From Bacteroidales bacterium (GTDB lineage Bacteria > Bacteroidota > Bacteroidia > Bacteroidales > JAAUTT01), in assembly GCA_038213375.1 (NCBI GenBank), contig JBBQTB010000008.1:75180-139179 (forward strand): a stretch of 64,000 nucleotides of DNA, read 5' to 3'. The notes beneath the pieces were generated by a model. The model was given only the letters and a program-made list of their open reading frames with translations, was not told where the DNA came from and did not search any database. The position numbers and the translations under genes were made by a program. Below, in pieces: positions 1 to 10,300 of the stretch (its first letter is position 1; each line of letters starts with the position of its first letter).

Positions 1-857
1 GTATCCACCTCGGTTTGTGCAAAATCGGTATTGATGGTTAGAGCACTTTTTATTCCCGGTGATATTTGGTAAAACAAATCTAATCCGCCATTGGCCTTAT
101 ATTTTGGATTATTTCCTTTTTTAGTTATCAATCCTAACAGGCCATAAGGTACAGCATCTAATCCAATGCCCTGTGTGATATTTTCCAAACCTTCAAGTAA
201 ACCTGCGTCAGAAATCTGGAAACGATAAGTATTCAAATTAGCAATCGGCCAATACGATGCTTCCTGTTTGCGCTTAATATTTCGAATAATTTTCATCCCC
301 CAGGTAGTTTGACCTTTTTTAAAGTTAAGAGTTTTAAATGGAATGGCAAGTTCTGCATCCCAGCCTTTATCATGAATCCGGGCACGGCCTTCCCATATAC
401 CATCCCAATTTTTGTTCAGTGTTCCTCCATTTTCACTTACAATGGCATCGCCTATCGATCCCCGTGGTCCAATTTGAAACCAGTAACCGTTTCGCTTGTC
501 CAGAAAAGTGTCGAAAATGACTTGTACACGGTCATCGTCTCCAAGACTGACATCACGCCCCATTTCTTTGGCAGTTATTCCTTTCGGATCGCCATAACAG
601 TGCATTCCAATATATATGAAATTTTCGTCGTATGCGACATAGACCTCGGTTGGTTCGGAAACAGGTTGATTGGTTTGTGGTTCGCGCTGAATAAATTCCG
701 TAATAGGGGTAATGTTTTTCCAAGCTTCATCGTTAAGTAATCCATCGATTTTTGGGGATATTGTAATGTGGGTTGCTTTCACCGATTTCTGACCAGACAC
801 CGATGCTGAAATGCTTGATATTAAGAAAATGGAGTATAAAATTCGAAAGTTAAACAT
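1..857 (-). CDS. DUF5916 / CBM9-like carbohydrate-binding protein, N-terminal part (gene runs off the left window edge)
   Basis: Absent from the ORF track because its stop lies outside the window. Reverse-strand translation from the ATG at 855-857 gives MFNFRILYSIFLISSISASVSGQKSVKATHITISPKIDGLLNDEAWKNITPITEFIQREPQ...YVAYDENFIYIGMHCY...DDDRVQVIFDTFLDKRNGYWFQIGP...TDFAQTEVD. It has a signal peptide and the IDGxLDExxW / DDxxxxxxDT / TDFxQxExD pattern I associate with DUF5916 proteins. Confidence 0.7.
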   Translation of the reverse strand, partial: MFNFRILYSIFLISSISASVSGQKSVKATHITISPKIDGLLNDEAWKNITPITEFIQREPQTNQPVSEPTEVYVAYDENFIYIGMHCYGDPKGITAKEMGRDVSLGDDDRVQVIFDTFLDKRNGYWFQIGPRGSIGDAIVSENGGTLNKNWDGIWEGRARIHDKGWDAELAIPFKTLNFKKGQTTWGMKIIRNIKRKQEASYWPIANLNTYRFQISDAGLLEGLENITQGIGLDAVPYGLLGLITKKGNNPKYKANGGLDLFYQISPGIKSALTINTDFAQTEVD

Positions 858-909
858 CAGATAATGTTAAAGTAAGCTTATTTAATGATATTAATCTATT
901 GCGTTATAA

Positions 910-1656
910 TTATTCGGGGATCAGCAAAAACAAATCATCGTCTATGATAAATGTTTCGCGGGACGCATTGTAGGTAATTCCTTTTCTGAAAGATTCAATC
1001 CACGGGTTGATGAGCTGAACCTGTTTTTGATATTTTATCTGTTTTTTGATGGAAAGCAACGCAAAACGGGGATTGATTTGAGTTAATATTTTTTCGAGTT
1101 GATTGTGAGTAGTCAGCATGAAGGCTTCATTATCTTGAACAGGTTGTGCACCCGTTTTTACCAGTTTGTACCTGTTGTAATTCTTGTGGAATGAATAAGC
1201 TAACTCATCAAATCGGAATGTTTTTTCATTTTCACGAATTTGTTGCAAATAGAAATTTTCCGAAATTTTAAGAAACGAGGGCGGTATGTTTTGCCGATTC
1301 AGATAATCGAGTATTTGGCAGATGTTATTGTAATTGCCAATGGCTGAATTATAAACTTCGGCTGAAAGAGGATACGGATTTTTTAAGGCTTGATCCCTTA
1401 AACCAAGAATCAGTTGGTGAAATTCCGTTCGTTCAGTATCGACATGAGGATTATTTTTACTGATGTATTGCTGTAATCGCTGTAAAATATCTGTGTCATT
1501 TATGTTTATTGCCCATATAACCTTCTTACCAATGGGTTTTAGACAAAAGAATTTTTGTGCCGGAGAAAAGGGCTTACTTGCAGATGCATGTTGTGCTTCC
1601 GCTAAATGAAAGGGAAAAAGAAGAAGCAGGAATAACAAATACTTTAAATGGTGCAT
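910..1656 (-). CDS. hypothetical secreted protein
   Basis: 248-aa ORF with an N-terminal signal peptide (MHHLKYLLFLLLLFPFHLAEAQ). I recognise no family motif. Confidence 0.6.
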   Translation of the reverse strand: MHHLKYLLFLLLLFPFHLAEAQHASASKPFSPAQKFFCLKPIGKKVIWAININDTDILQRLQQYISKNNPHVDTERTEFHQLILGLRDQALKNPYPLSAEVYNSAIGNYNNICQILDYLNRQNIPPSFLKISENFYLQQIRENEKTFRFDELAYSFHKNYNRYKLVKTGAQPVQDNEAFMLTTHNQLEKILTQINPRFALLSIKKQIKYQKQVQLINPWIESFRKGITYNASRETFIIDDDLFLLIPE

Positions 1657-1765
1657 GGTAACAAATCGTTTTGCGTTTTCAAACCTACTATGTTTTTATT
1701 GCAGATTTAATACCTGGCTGCATTTCAAATAAAAAAAGTTGCAGATTAGTCTGTTTTGCATGATT

Positions 1766-2653
1766 TTAATGAGAAGCAGGTTTCTCAGGGATTGTTATAT
1801 CGATTGGTTTAAGGAAGCCGCTGTCATTAAGCCAATCAGCCATTCTATACGGCCAATTTTTTACTGCCGCAAAAGTCGATCGGTCGCCCATATTGAACCC
1901 ATGTTTACCCTGGGCCAGAAAGATGGCTTCAACAGGCACTTTAGCTCTACGGAATTTTTGGAGAAGATCCATCGTCACTTCATCGCAGCCATACTCGTCG
2001 TCATTGGCACATATGAGGAAAGCTGGAGGTGTATCAGCAGGAATCTTCTCTGGCGGTTTGCCTCCCGGATAAACCATCATTTGAAAATTCGGCCGACCAT
2101 TGACGCGGTCTATCGGATCGGGTGCCTTGGGATCGCCATCGCCTTTGTCGAAAGAAACCATCATCACCACTGCTCCGCCTGCTGAAAATCCAAGCATACC
2201 AATGCGGTTTGGGTCGAAGTGAAATTCGCTTGACCGGTTTCGTACCAATCTAATGGCCCGGTAGGCATCCTGGCGAACATGATCCATATTGTAAGGCGAA
2301 TTCTCCTCGTTTGGCAGACGGTATTTCAAAACAAATACCGTAACACCGAGGGTATTGAGAAATTCAGCAGCCTGCTTGCCTTCAGCATTAAATACCAGAT
2401 CGCGAAATCCACCGCCAGGGGCTACCAACACAGCGCAACCAAGGATTTTTTCCTTAGGAGGCATGAATACGGTAATGGATGGATTATTAATACTATGCAC
2501 CCACCAATCCTTGGCAAGTTCCGGATAGTCTTTCCGGTTCTCAAAACCCGGGGCGCCATTTTTCCAGAGGTGAATCACCTCTGATTGTGTTTGTGCTAGA
2601 CCAAAAACTGGCAACATGAGGGTGAAAAGAAGACTTTGAAAAAACGTTCGCAT
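1766..2653 (-). CDS. secreted alpha/beta-hydrolase (esterase/lipase-like)
   Basis: Signal peptide, nucleophile elbow GFSAGG (GxSxG), and an LVAPGGGF oxyanion-type motif. Confidence 0.75.
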   Translation of the reverse strand: MRTFFQSLLFTLMLPVFGLAQTQSEVIHLWKNGAPGFENRKDYPELAKDWWVHSINNPSITVFMPPKEKILGCAVLVAPGGGFRDLVFNAEGKQAAEFLNTLGVTVFVLKYRLPNEENSPYNMDHVRQDAYRAIRLVRNRSSEFHFDPNRIGMLGFSAGGAVVMMVSFDKGDGDPKAPDPIDRVNGRPNFQMMVYPGGKPPEKIPADTPPAFLICANDDEYGCDEVTMDLLQKFRRAKVPVEAIFLAQGKHGFNMGDRSTFAAVKNWPYRMADWLNDSGFLKPIDITIPEKPASH

Positions 2654-2924
2654 GATGTTTTTGTTTCCTGTTAATTATTAAATTGGATCAAAACTGCAAA
2701 AGATTGTTTATTTAACATACTTTTTTTATCATTTTGCATATCAAAACCAGATTTTTGACTTTCCTTTATTAATCTGTAAAACCTTAACTTCTAAAAACTA
2801 TTTCAAAAGTAGAACAACTAAATCGACCAAATGGATGTATTAATATGCCATATGGGTAAATATTGTTCTAAATTAAACATAATTAAAGCAAGCTCTTGTT
2901 TAGATTGTGGAGGTAATTATGGAT

Positions 2925-3932
2925 TTAGAGCATTTCATTCCATCTCGTATTTATCCATTTATTCTGTTGTTCCAACGTGAGAAATGTCCATGCGACGATT
3001 CGGCTTGTTTTAGTTCCCTGACCCATTGGAATGGTTTTCACTTCCACAGCTTCCGCTTTTTTAAGTGCCTCGTAAATTGGTTTGAGATTGGATTGCTTTG
3101 AAATAAGTGAGGAGAACCAAAAGCAGGAATCGGAGAATGTCTTACTTTGTTGAATCATATCCCGTACAAACCTTTCTTCGCCTCCCTCGCACCACAATTC
3201 ACTGTTCTGACCTCCAAAGTTTTGGATTGGTCTGAATATTTTTTTATGAGTTAAATTGCTTAATTTACGAAGTGTGCTGGATTGTGCTTCCGCTAATGAA
3301 ACATGAAAAGGAGGATTACAAATACTCAAATCAATGAGTTCGTCCTTTTGAATGATTCCATAAAAAATGTGTTTGGGATTATTTTGCAGTTGTACTTCAA
3401 CCTTTCCTTTTAAAAAGGGATTCAATTCAACGATAGTGTTTGCCGATTCAATGGCAATTCGATCGATATCGGTACCAATAAACGACCAGCCGTATTCCTT
3501 GTTTCCAATAATTGGATAAACACAATTAGCGCCTACACCAATGTCCAAAACCCTTATTTTAGTACCTGTTGGTATTTTACCATGGTTACTGATGCCCAAT
3601 AAATCTGCTATGTGATGAATATAATCTGCTCTCCCGGGAATGGGTGGACATAAATAATTTGGAGGAATGTTCCATTGATCGATGTTGTAATAGTGCATTA
3701 ATAATGCTTTGTTTAGCATTTTCACCGCTTCAGGATTAAAAAAATCAATGGATTCGTCCTCATAACTATTCATTGCAACAAATGGAGCTAATTTCGGACA
3801 ACTATCAATCAATTGTTTAAAGTCATAACGCTCGCGATGTTTGTTTCGTGGGTGTAATCTGGACTTCTCTTTTGGATGTTCTTTTTTTTGATGAGGCATG
3901 AAAAATTGAATCAGTAGTGATTTTTTATGCAA
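2925..3932 (-). CDS. rlmF: 23S rRNA (adenine1618-N6)-methyltransferase RlmF
   Basis: LHPRNKHRERYDF...FNPEAVKMLNKALL N-terminus closely resembles E. coli RlmF. Has the SAM motif LDIGVGANCVYP and catalytic NPPFH. The true start may be the second Met at 3899. Confidence 0.85.
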   Translation of the reverse strand: MHKKSLLIQFFMPHQKKEHPKEKSRLHPRNKHRERYDFKQLIDSCPKLAPFVAMNSYEDESIDFFNPEAVKMLNKALLMHYYNIDQWNIPPNYLCPPIPGRADYIHHIADLLGISNHGKIPTGTKIRVLDIGVGANCVYPIIGNKEYGWSFIGTDIDRIAIESANTIVELNPFLKGKVEVQLQNNPKHIFYGIIQKDELIDLSICNPPFHVSLAEAQSSTLRKLSNLTHKKIFRPIQNFGGQNSELWCEGGEERFVRDMIQQSKTFSDSCFWFSSLISKQSNLKPIYEALKKAEAVEVKTIPMGQGTKTSRIVAWTFLTLEQQNKWINTRWNEML

Positions 3933-4023
3933 TTATTTTTATAAACGACTATTAAAATGAGTTAAATTGTTGCGTATGATGATACTAGTGAACCACGGAA
4001 TTTCTTAATTGCTATTTCAGGCG

Positions 4024-4887
4024 TTACACTTCGTTTTTTATTTTCTCTATTTGTTCTTTTGTTAAGCCAGAATAAATAATTATTTTATCCAATGGCTCCC
4101 CACTATTTATCATTTCTTTAACCATTTCAATTTTACCTTCAATCTTACCTTCTTCTCTTGCTGTATCAATAGAGTTTTTTAAATCCCTGTATGATTTCAA
4201 ACTATCCTCATACGAACGGACTTCTTCCGGCGTAAATTTGGCTATTTCTGCTACTTCAAATAATCTTTCGAATATACTTTCTTTCAATTCCTCCGGTATA
4301 CGGTCAAGCTTGTTAAGGTTACGAATAATATACATCCATTTATCAAATCGTGTATTCAGTTCCTTAATGGTTTTAGTAAACTTGGGCATTTCCAAGTACA
4401 CAAAAGTCAATTTGTCATAAAAAACTTTGTGAGTTTCAATATCGGAAAGCTTGACATTATATCGATACTTGTCCTTCTGATGCTTATCCTCGTCGAATGC
4501 GAAGTCTAATATGGCAATAGTATAAACCGCTTTTAACTCAAAATTCCAATCACTGCCTCGTTGTGCTTGTTCTCGAATTGGAAAAGTTGAATAATACACC
4601 GTCCTATCTTTGAAAAACTTTTGCTTAGTTTTTTGTAGCTCTACGATAAATTTCTCTCCTTTTTCATTTTCGCAATACAAATCAAAAATTGCTTTTCTAT
4701 CATCTTCGCTTGTGCCAAGTCTGTCACTTTTTAAATATGTCAACGTTTTAATTCGACCTTGTTCAGCTACCAAAAGCTCATTCAAAAAGTCAAGTAACAA
4801 TTCCTTACTTGGCTCCTCTCCAAAAAGTCTTTTAAAGCCATAATCCGTAAACGGATTGATATATTTTTCTTTAAAATCGTCTGACAT
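4024..4887 (-). CDS. Rpn-family recombination-promoting nuclease / PD-(D/E)XK putative transposase
   Basis: N-terminus YINPFTDYGFKRLFGEE...ELLLDFLNELL and the FDLYCENEKGEKFIVELQ nuclease core are typical of this Bacteroidota family. Confidence 0.75.
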   Translation of the reverse strand: MSDDFKEKYINPFTDYGFKRLFGEEPSKELLLDFLNELLVAEQGRIKTLTYLKSDRLGTSEDDRKAIFDLYCENEKGEKFIVELQKTKQKFFKDRTVYYSTFPIREQAQRGSDWNFELKAVYTIAILDFAFDEDKHQKDKYRYNVKLSDIETHKVFYDKLTFVYLEMPKFTKTIKELNTRFDKWMYIIRNLNKLDRIPEELKESIFERLFEVAEIAKFTPEEVRSYEDSLKSYRDLKNSIDTAREEGKIEGKIEMVKEMINSGEPLDKIIIYSGLTKEQIEKIKNEV

Positions 4888-5061
4888 TCTGTATCTTATT
4901 TATGCAAAAATACTCATTTTTAACAAAATAACAATTTAACATCAAATGCTTTTTTAAAATGAAGTGAAACAAATTTTTATATCCAATAGTGCGGATCTTC
5001 AAATTTTCTATTAAGGGGTTAAAAAAATAAGGGTTTACTGATCTATTTTTGAAAGATGGAT

Positions 5062-5526
5062 TTATTTAGATTGCTTATATGTTATGATCGCTTTACTTTT
5101 ATCTTCAACAAAATCAATTTCAATAAATGTACTCGGGAAATTCCATTTACATAAATAAGGATGTTCTACTTTAAAAATTGGGTTTCCATATTTTTCAATT
5201 AAAAGTGATTCTAATGAGGTTATCTCAGAAAATCCCAATTTTCTGGTCAAAGTAATTTGACTCAATTTGTATGTGTTCCCAGTAAAGAAAAAATTAACTT
5301 CATAATTATAACCACTAATGTTATATTCTTCAATTTTTAAAAGATTAAAAAGTTGTGCCACTTGTTTGGCTTTATTTTCTATTATATTTTCTTTGGCAAA
5401 CAAGATCTTAATTGTGTCTGCTGACATACCCCATTCTGCATCTCTCCATCCTTTTAAATCATTCATGGTTTGCGAATAAATACTACCAGCATTAAAAAGG
5501 GCTAAAAGAATCAATAAATTTTTCAT
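5062..5526 (-). CDS. hypothetical secreted protein
   Basis: The ORF track gives 5062..5574. The internal Met at 5526 starts a clean signal peptide, MKNLLILLALFNAGSIYSQ. Confidence 0.55.
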   Translation of the reverse strand: MKNLLILLALFNAGSIYSQTMNDLKGWRDAEWGMSADTIKILFAKENIIENKAKQVAQLFNLLKIEEYNISGYNYEVNFFFTGNTYKLSQITLTRKLGFSEITSLESLLIEKYGNPIFKVEHPYLCKWNFPSTFIEIDFVEDKSKAIITYKQSK

Positions 5527-5868
5527 AAAAGAATTATTAAACAAACATACTATGAAGGTAATAAAAAATACCAATAGTATTATTTCTCCAAATTTGCAAG
5601 GGAAATTGTTGGTGATTAAACTATGCGAACCAACAATTCCACTGGTTATTCTCTACGCTCAATATCGCCTCCGGCTAAGTTACGAGCATACGAAGTTAAA
5701 TGGTTGATTCAAAACATTTTTGTTTCTAAATGGTTATTGATGGAAATACTCGATTAGTAACTATTTATTAAAAAAACCATTTACAAAGAGCTAATAAATG
5801 GTGCACTACTTAATTTATAACTCCTTTTTAATGGGTTATTGTTGAGAAACACTTTTAATCTTATTCCA

Positions 5869-7227
5869 ATGCATTATCATATCATTACTTTAGGTTGTCA
5901 AATGAATCTGTCGGACAGCGAAAAGGTTATCACTGTGCTGAACGATATGGGTCTTTCCCGCACTGATAACGAAGACGAAGCTTCCATTCTGGGAATAGTT
6001 GCCTGTTCGGTTCGCCAGGGAGCCATCAATAAGGTATACTCGCGTATTCACAAATGGAATAAAATGAAAGCCCGAAAACCGGTGCTTACCTTTGTGTCGG
6101 GTTGTATTCTTCCTTCCGATAAGGAGAAATTCCTGAAGCTATTCGACATGGTTTTTCCGATGAGCGAGTTGGCTCAATTACCCGAACTTATTAGTCAGAA
6201 CGGCATTGTTACACCCATGGGATTACGAAATCAGCAATACTCTTTTAATACGGAGAACGGTGCACATCAGGTATGGAATGTTCAGCCACAGTATTCCTCA
6301 ACCTTCGAAGCTTTTGTTCCCATCCAAAACGGTTGCGACAAATTTTGTACCTTCTGTGCGGTACCATATACACGTGGCCGTGAAGTGTCACGCGACTCAA
6401 ACGAAATTATTGCTGAAGTTCGAGCTTTGGTGGAATGTGGTTATAAATCCATCACTCTGCTTGGACAAAATGTAAACTCGTATGGCTTGGACAAGAAAGG
6501 TTCCGAGATATCATTTCCTCAGTTGCTTCGGGAGATTGGCGAATTGGGTCGCAGCCATGGAGCCGGGTTTTTAACCTATTTCACATCGCCTCATCCCCGT
6601 GATATGACAATGGAAGTAATTGATGTGGTAGCCAATTATACCGTGTTAGCCAAGCAAATTCATTTGCCGTTACAAAGTGGTGATGATAAAGTGTTAATAC
6701 ACATGAACCGCAATCACAAAGTGGCAGAGTACCGCAATATTGTGCAATACATTCGTGCTAAGTTGCCTTCGGCCACGATATTTACTGATATCATTGTTGG
6801 CTTTACAGGCGAAACCGACGAGCAGTTTCAGCATACGGTTGAGGCATTTGAAGAGTTTCAATTCAATATGGCTTACATAGCTCAATATTCTCCCAGACCC
6901 GGGGCTGTGAGTTCCAGATGGATTGATAATATTCCGCATGACATTAAAAAACAACGGTTGCATATGCTTACAAAGGAACTCGAAAAGCATTCCGGCGCAT
7001 ATAACCAGCGCTTGGTAGGCAAAACAATTCGTGTTCTGGTTACCGGATTCGATCGCAAGGGTCTTTACCTTTCCGGTCTGTCAGAAGGAAAGATAAATGT
7101 TCGCATTACCTCGGGGGAGCAAGCGCTTGTAGGTACCTTTGTGGATGTTAAGATTGACGCCGGTACTGAGTTCTCGGTTGCGGGACAATATATTCCGGCA
7201 AATGTGTCAGAAAGGATTCGTGAATAA
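5869..7227 (+). CDS. miaB: tRNA methylthiotransferase MiaB (radical SAM, TRAM domain)
   Basis: ITLGCQMN N-terminal motif, radical-SAM CDKFCTFCAVPYTRGRE, and a C-terminal TRAM-like region. The track start at 5839 is a TTG; the ATG at 5869 (MHYHIITLGCQMN) is more likely. Confidence 0.8.
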   Translation: MHYHIITLGCQMNLSDSEKVITVLNDMGLSRTDNEDEASILGIVACSVRQGAINKVYSRIHKWNKMKARKPVLTFVSGCILPSDKEKFLKLFDMVFPMSELAQLPELISQNGIVTPMGLRNQQYSFNTENGAHQVWNVQPQYSSTFEAFVPIQNGCDKFCTFCAVPYTRGREVSRDSNEIIAEVRALVECGYKSITLLGQNVNSYGLDKKGSEISFPQLLREIGELGRSHGAGFLTYFTSPHPRDMTMEVIDVVANYTVLAKQIHLPLQSGDDKVLIHMNRNHKVAEYRNIVQYIRAKLPSATIFTDIIVGFTGETDEQFQHTVEAFEEFQFNMAYIAQYSPRPGAVSSRWIDNIPHDIKKQRLHMLTKELEKHSGAYNQRLVGKTIRVLVTGFDRKGLYLSGLSEGKINVRITSGEQALVGTFVDVKIDAGTEFSVAGQYIPANVSERIRE

Positions 7228-7309
7228 TACGAATAAGGAACCAGGAACCAGGATTCTAGTTTAGTATCAAAAAAATCTTGAATCATTTCCTTTTTCCTGA
7301 CGCTCTTAT

Positions 7310-10300
7310 TTATTTCTTATATGGTATGACCTGTGCTGTAAAATGATACACACGGGGCAATACGCGGTATTGGTTCAGTACCGAAATTGCTGTACATCCA
7401 ACGCCACTGGTAGCATAGTCGAAATTGAAGGTGGTGCCCTCAAATGGCAGGATCTGGTAATGATACCTGGCACGCGTCATGTTGTCGGTACTGAAGGGTT
7501 GGGCACTGAAATTAAATTGGTCGTTTCCTTTGAATTTGAGCCCTATCCCATCAACAGATTCTAGCTGAACCCAACGGTTGTCGGTGCGTAGTCCGTAATC
7601 CTGAGGAATAAGGTATTTCTCAGTCATCTCCTGAATTGAGAAATTGTAGACCCCTATTTTGGCTCCGGTTTTACGGTCAGGATAGTTTTCGTAAGGTCCA
7701 CGACCATACCACGAAACCTGACTCAGATCTTTGCTGATATTCCATTGAACCCCTATCCTTGGTAACCAGGCAGGCATTAATCCCTGAGGAATAATGGTGT
7801 GTTCCATTACGATTTCGCCATTTCCATCGATGGTATAGATAAACTCGTTGTCGAAAGCAGTGCCATAATTAATTCCTTCAGCATGGTCTTTCACAACCAG
7901 TTTTATTTTATTGTCGACAGTTTTCGAAACGGATAATTTGTCAAGGGTATACGTTAAATGGTCGAGCCCGAGTGATCGCCAATTGTTGGCAGGATCTTCG
8001 CCCATGCCCGGTTTGCGATAGGTTAAATGTGATTGCCATACCGCCCACTGGTCAAGCTCATTAGCTAACGGTGCACGCCAAACATTCAATTTGGGACCAT
8101 CATTAATCAACTCTTTTCCCATAAAAGTCATCGATGTCAATTTGCCGTTTGATTTGTCAAAAACATAGCTAAAAAGTTTTCCGGCAACAACGATGGTTTT
8201 AATGTCTTCAGCAAATGAAACTTCGGGGGATATTAGGTTTTGAGCAATCTCACCGGGTTTTTTCCAAGGCAGTTCCAACTGGTTCCACGCGACTTCAAAA
8301 CCTTCCGGAGCCCACGACTGCGGTTTCTTCAGGCTGAAACTTACCAACAGGCGATATTCTGTTTCAGCCTGAAGTTCCGGTTTCTGGAAAGGAATTGTTA
8401 TCGTTTGTTTTTGAAGTGGTTCGAGGGATAATTTTAAATCCCCCTGCTGTATGACTTTACCGTTGGCCTGTAATTGCCATATCGCTTTTAGTTCGTTGAT
8501 GTTTGTAAAATGATAACGGTTCCATATTTCAACGGATCCGGTTTCGGGATTTATTAACTTTACATCTACTGGCTGGGCGGATTTTTTTACCTGCCAAAGC
8601 TCTGGCTGAGGTGTTCTGTCGGGCCAGATGAGTCCATAAGTGCGCCCTCCGATGCCCATACTGAAAAATGTACCGTTATCCTTAACTTCATCGAAATCGA
8701 GCCATAGTTGTGCTTCTTTCCTGATTGTCGTCGAGGGATTCATCAGTTGTTCGATTGTCATTGCTTTATTGAAGATTCCAACTTGGTCGAAACGTGCATT
8801 GCTAGTTCTTCCGGCATATTCCTGACCCTCGATTTCGGCGTTTCTTCCAATATTTACAGGGAAAGGTTTGTTGGTGATGGTACCTGTAAATGGTTTACTG
8901 CCTGCAAGTTTCCCGTCCACATAGATAGAAAGCGTTTTGCTGTCATAAATCCCAGCCAGGTGATGCCAGTTGTTTTCCCAATTTTGGGGAACAGACACTG
9001 AGATAGATGTCCGGTTTGCATCGGTAACATAAAATTGAAGGGAATCTTTTACCTGCTGGCGAAGTCCAAACTGGTAGCTGCCTTTAGTGATAAAAGTGCC
9101 ATCTGTATTCCATTGGCGCGGATATACCCAAAGCGACAAAGTGAGTTCTTTTCCGGTAATGTCAAGCGCAGGATCGCGATATACGTCCACCCACTGATCG
9201 TATCCCGATAATTCGACAGCGTTGCCTGTTTTGCCAGGCACCAGCTTTCCGCGTCCTTTGATAGCAGTATTAATATGATGATTGGATGCATCGGTAAGCA
9301 GTTGAATTTTCTCGCGAATTCCGGGGCTGACCCAGTCCCACAATGCACCACCGATGCAGCGTGGGTAATTATAAATTACATCCCAGTATTCGTCGAGACC
9401 ACCACAACCATTGCCTTCGACAGAGATGTATTCATCCATGAATGAAGGACGGGGATCTTGGCTTTCAGGAACCTCGGCAATTCGTGTTTTTAATTCATAA
9501 GGAGTTGGATAGCGGGGGCCAATAATGTCTTCGCAGGGAACTTCATTTTTCCAGGCTACATCGTCGGTGTTGCCTCCATACATGAATATACGGGTTGGAT
9601 CGAGCCTTTTGCCTTCTTTGATTACTTCACAGATGTTGTTTCCAATGCCACTTTCGTTTCCGGCACTCCAGAAGATAATGGAAGGATGATTCCTGTCACG
9701 GAGCACCATTCCCTGAACGCGATCAACATAAGCATCACGCCACTCAGGACGCTCAGAAACATATTCTGTTGCATGAGATTCATCACCAGTTTCGTCAACA
9801 ATAAACATTCCCATTTCATCGGCCAGGTTAAGGTAATCGATGGTAGGTGGGTAGTGGCACGTCCGTACACAATTGATATTGAACTGCTTCATCAATGTAA
9901 AATCCTTTATTATGGTTTCAATATCCATGGCATGACCAAGGTCGGGGTGTTGCATGTGACTGTTGGTTCCGTTTAGTTTCACGGGAACTCCGTTAACATA
10001 GAGGGCTTGGTGTTTCACTTCCACTTTTTTAAAACCGATGCGGCTTGAAAGAATTTCTATGGTTTTTCCTTCAGTATTAATTAACTCAAGCGTCAGATGA
10101 TACAGATTTGGCTTTTCGCTGGACCATTTTGCAGGATTGGTTATTGCTGAGGAAATATTGACGGTTTGTGTTTTTTGACTATCCACTTTTACCGGTTTCG
10201 AAACCATGTTTTGAATTACCGGTTGATGGTTGCTGTCAAATAAGGTTCCACGAACCGAGTATCCGGATTGATTAGGGGTTGAATAATTTGCAATATCGGC

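Noticed and set aside
309-740. Plus-strand ORFs 309..740 and 338..520 from the track.
   Set aside because: They lie antisense to a well-supported minus-strand DUF5916 reading frame (1..857) that the track omitted because it lacks a stop inside the window.
5601-5640. Hairpin GGAAATTGTTGGT...ACCAACAATTCC in the intergenic region upstream of miaB.
   Set aside because: There is no adjacent T-run on either strand and no gene end for it to terminate. I cannot assign a function from the sequence alone.
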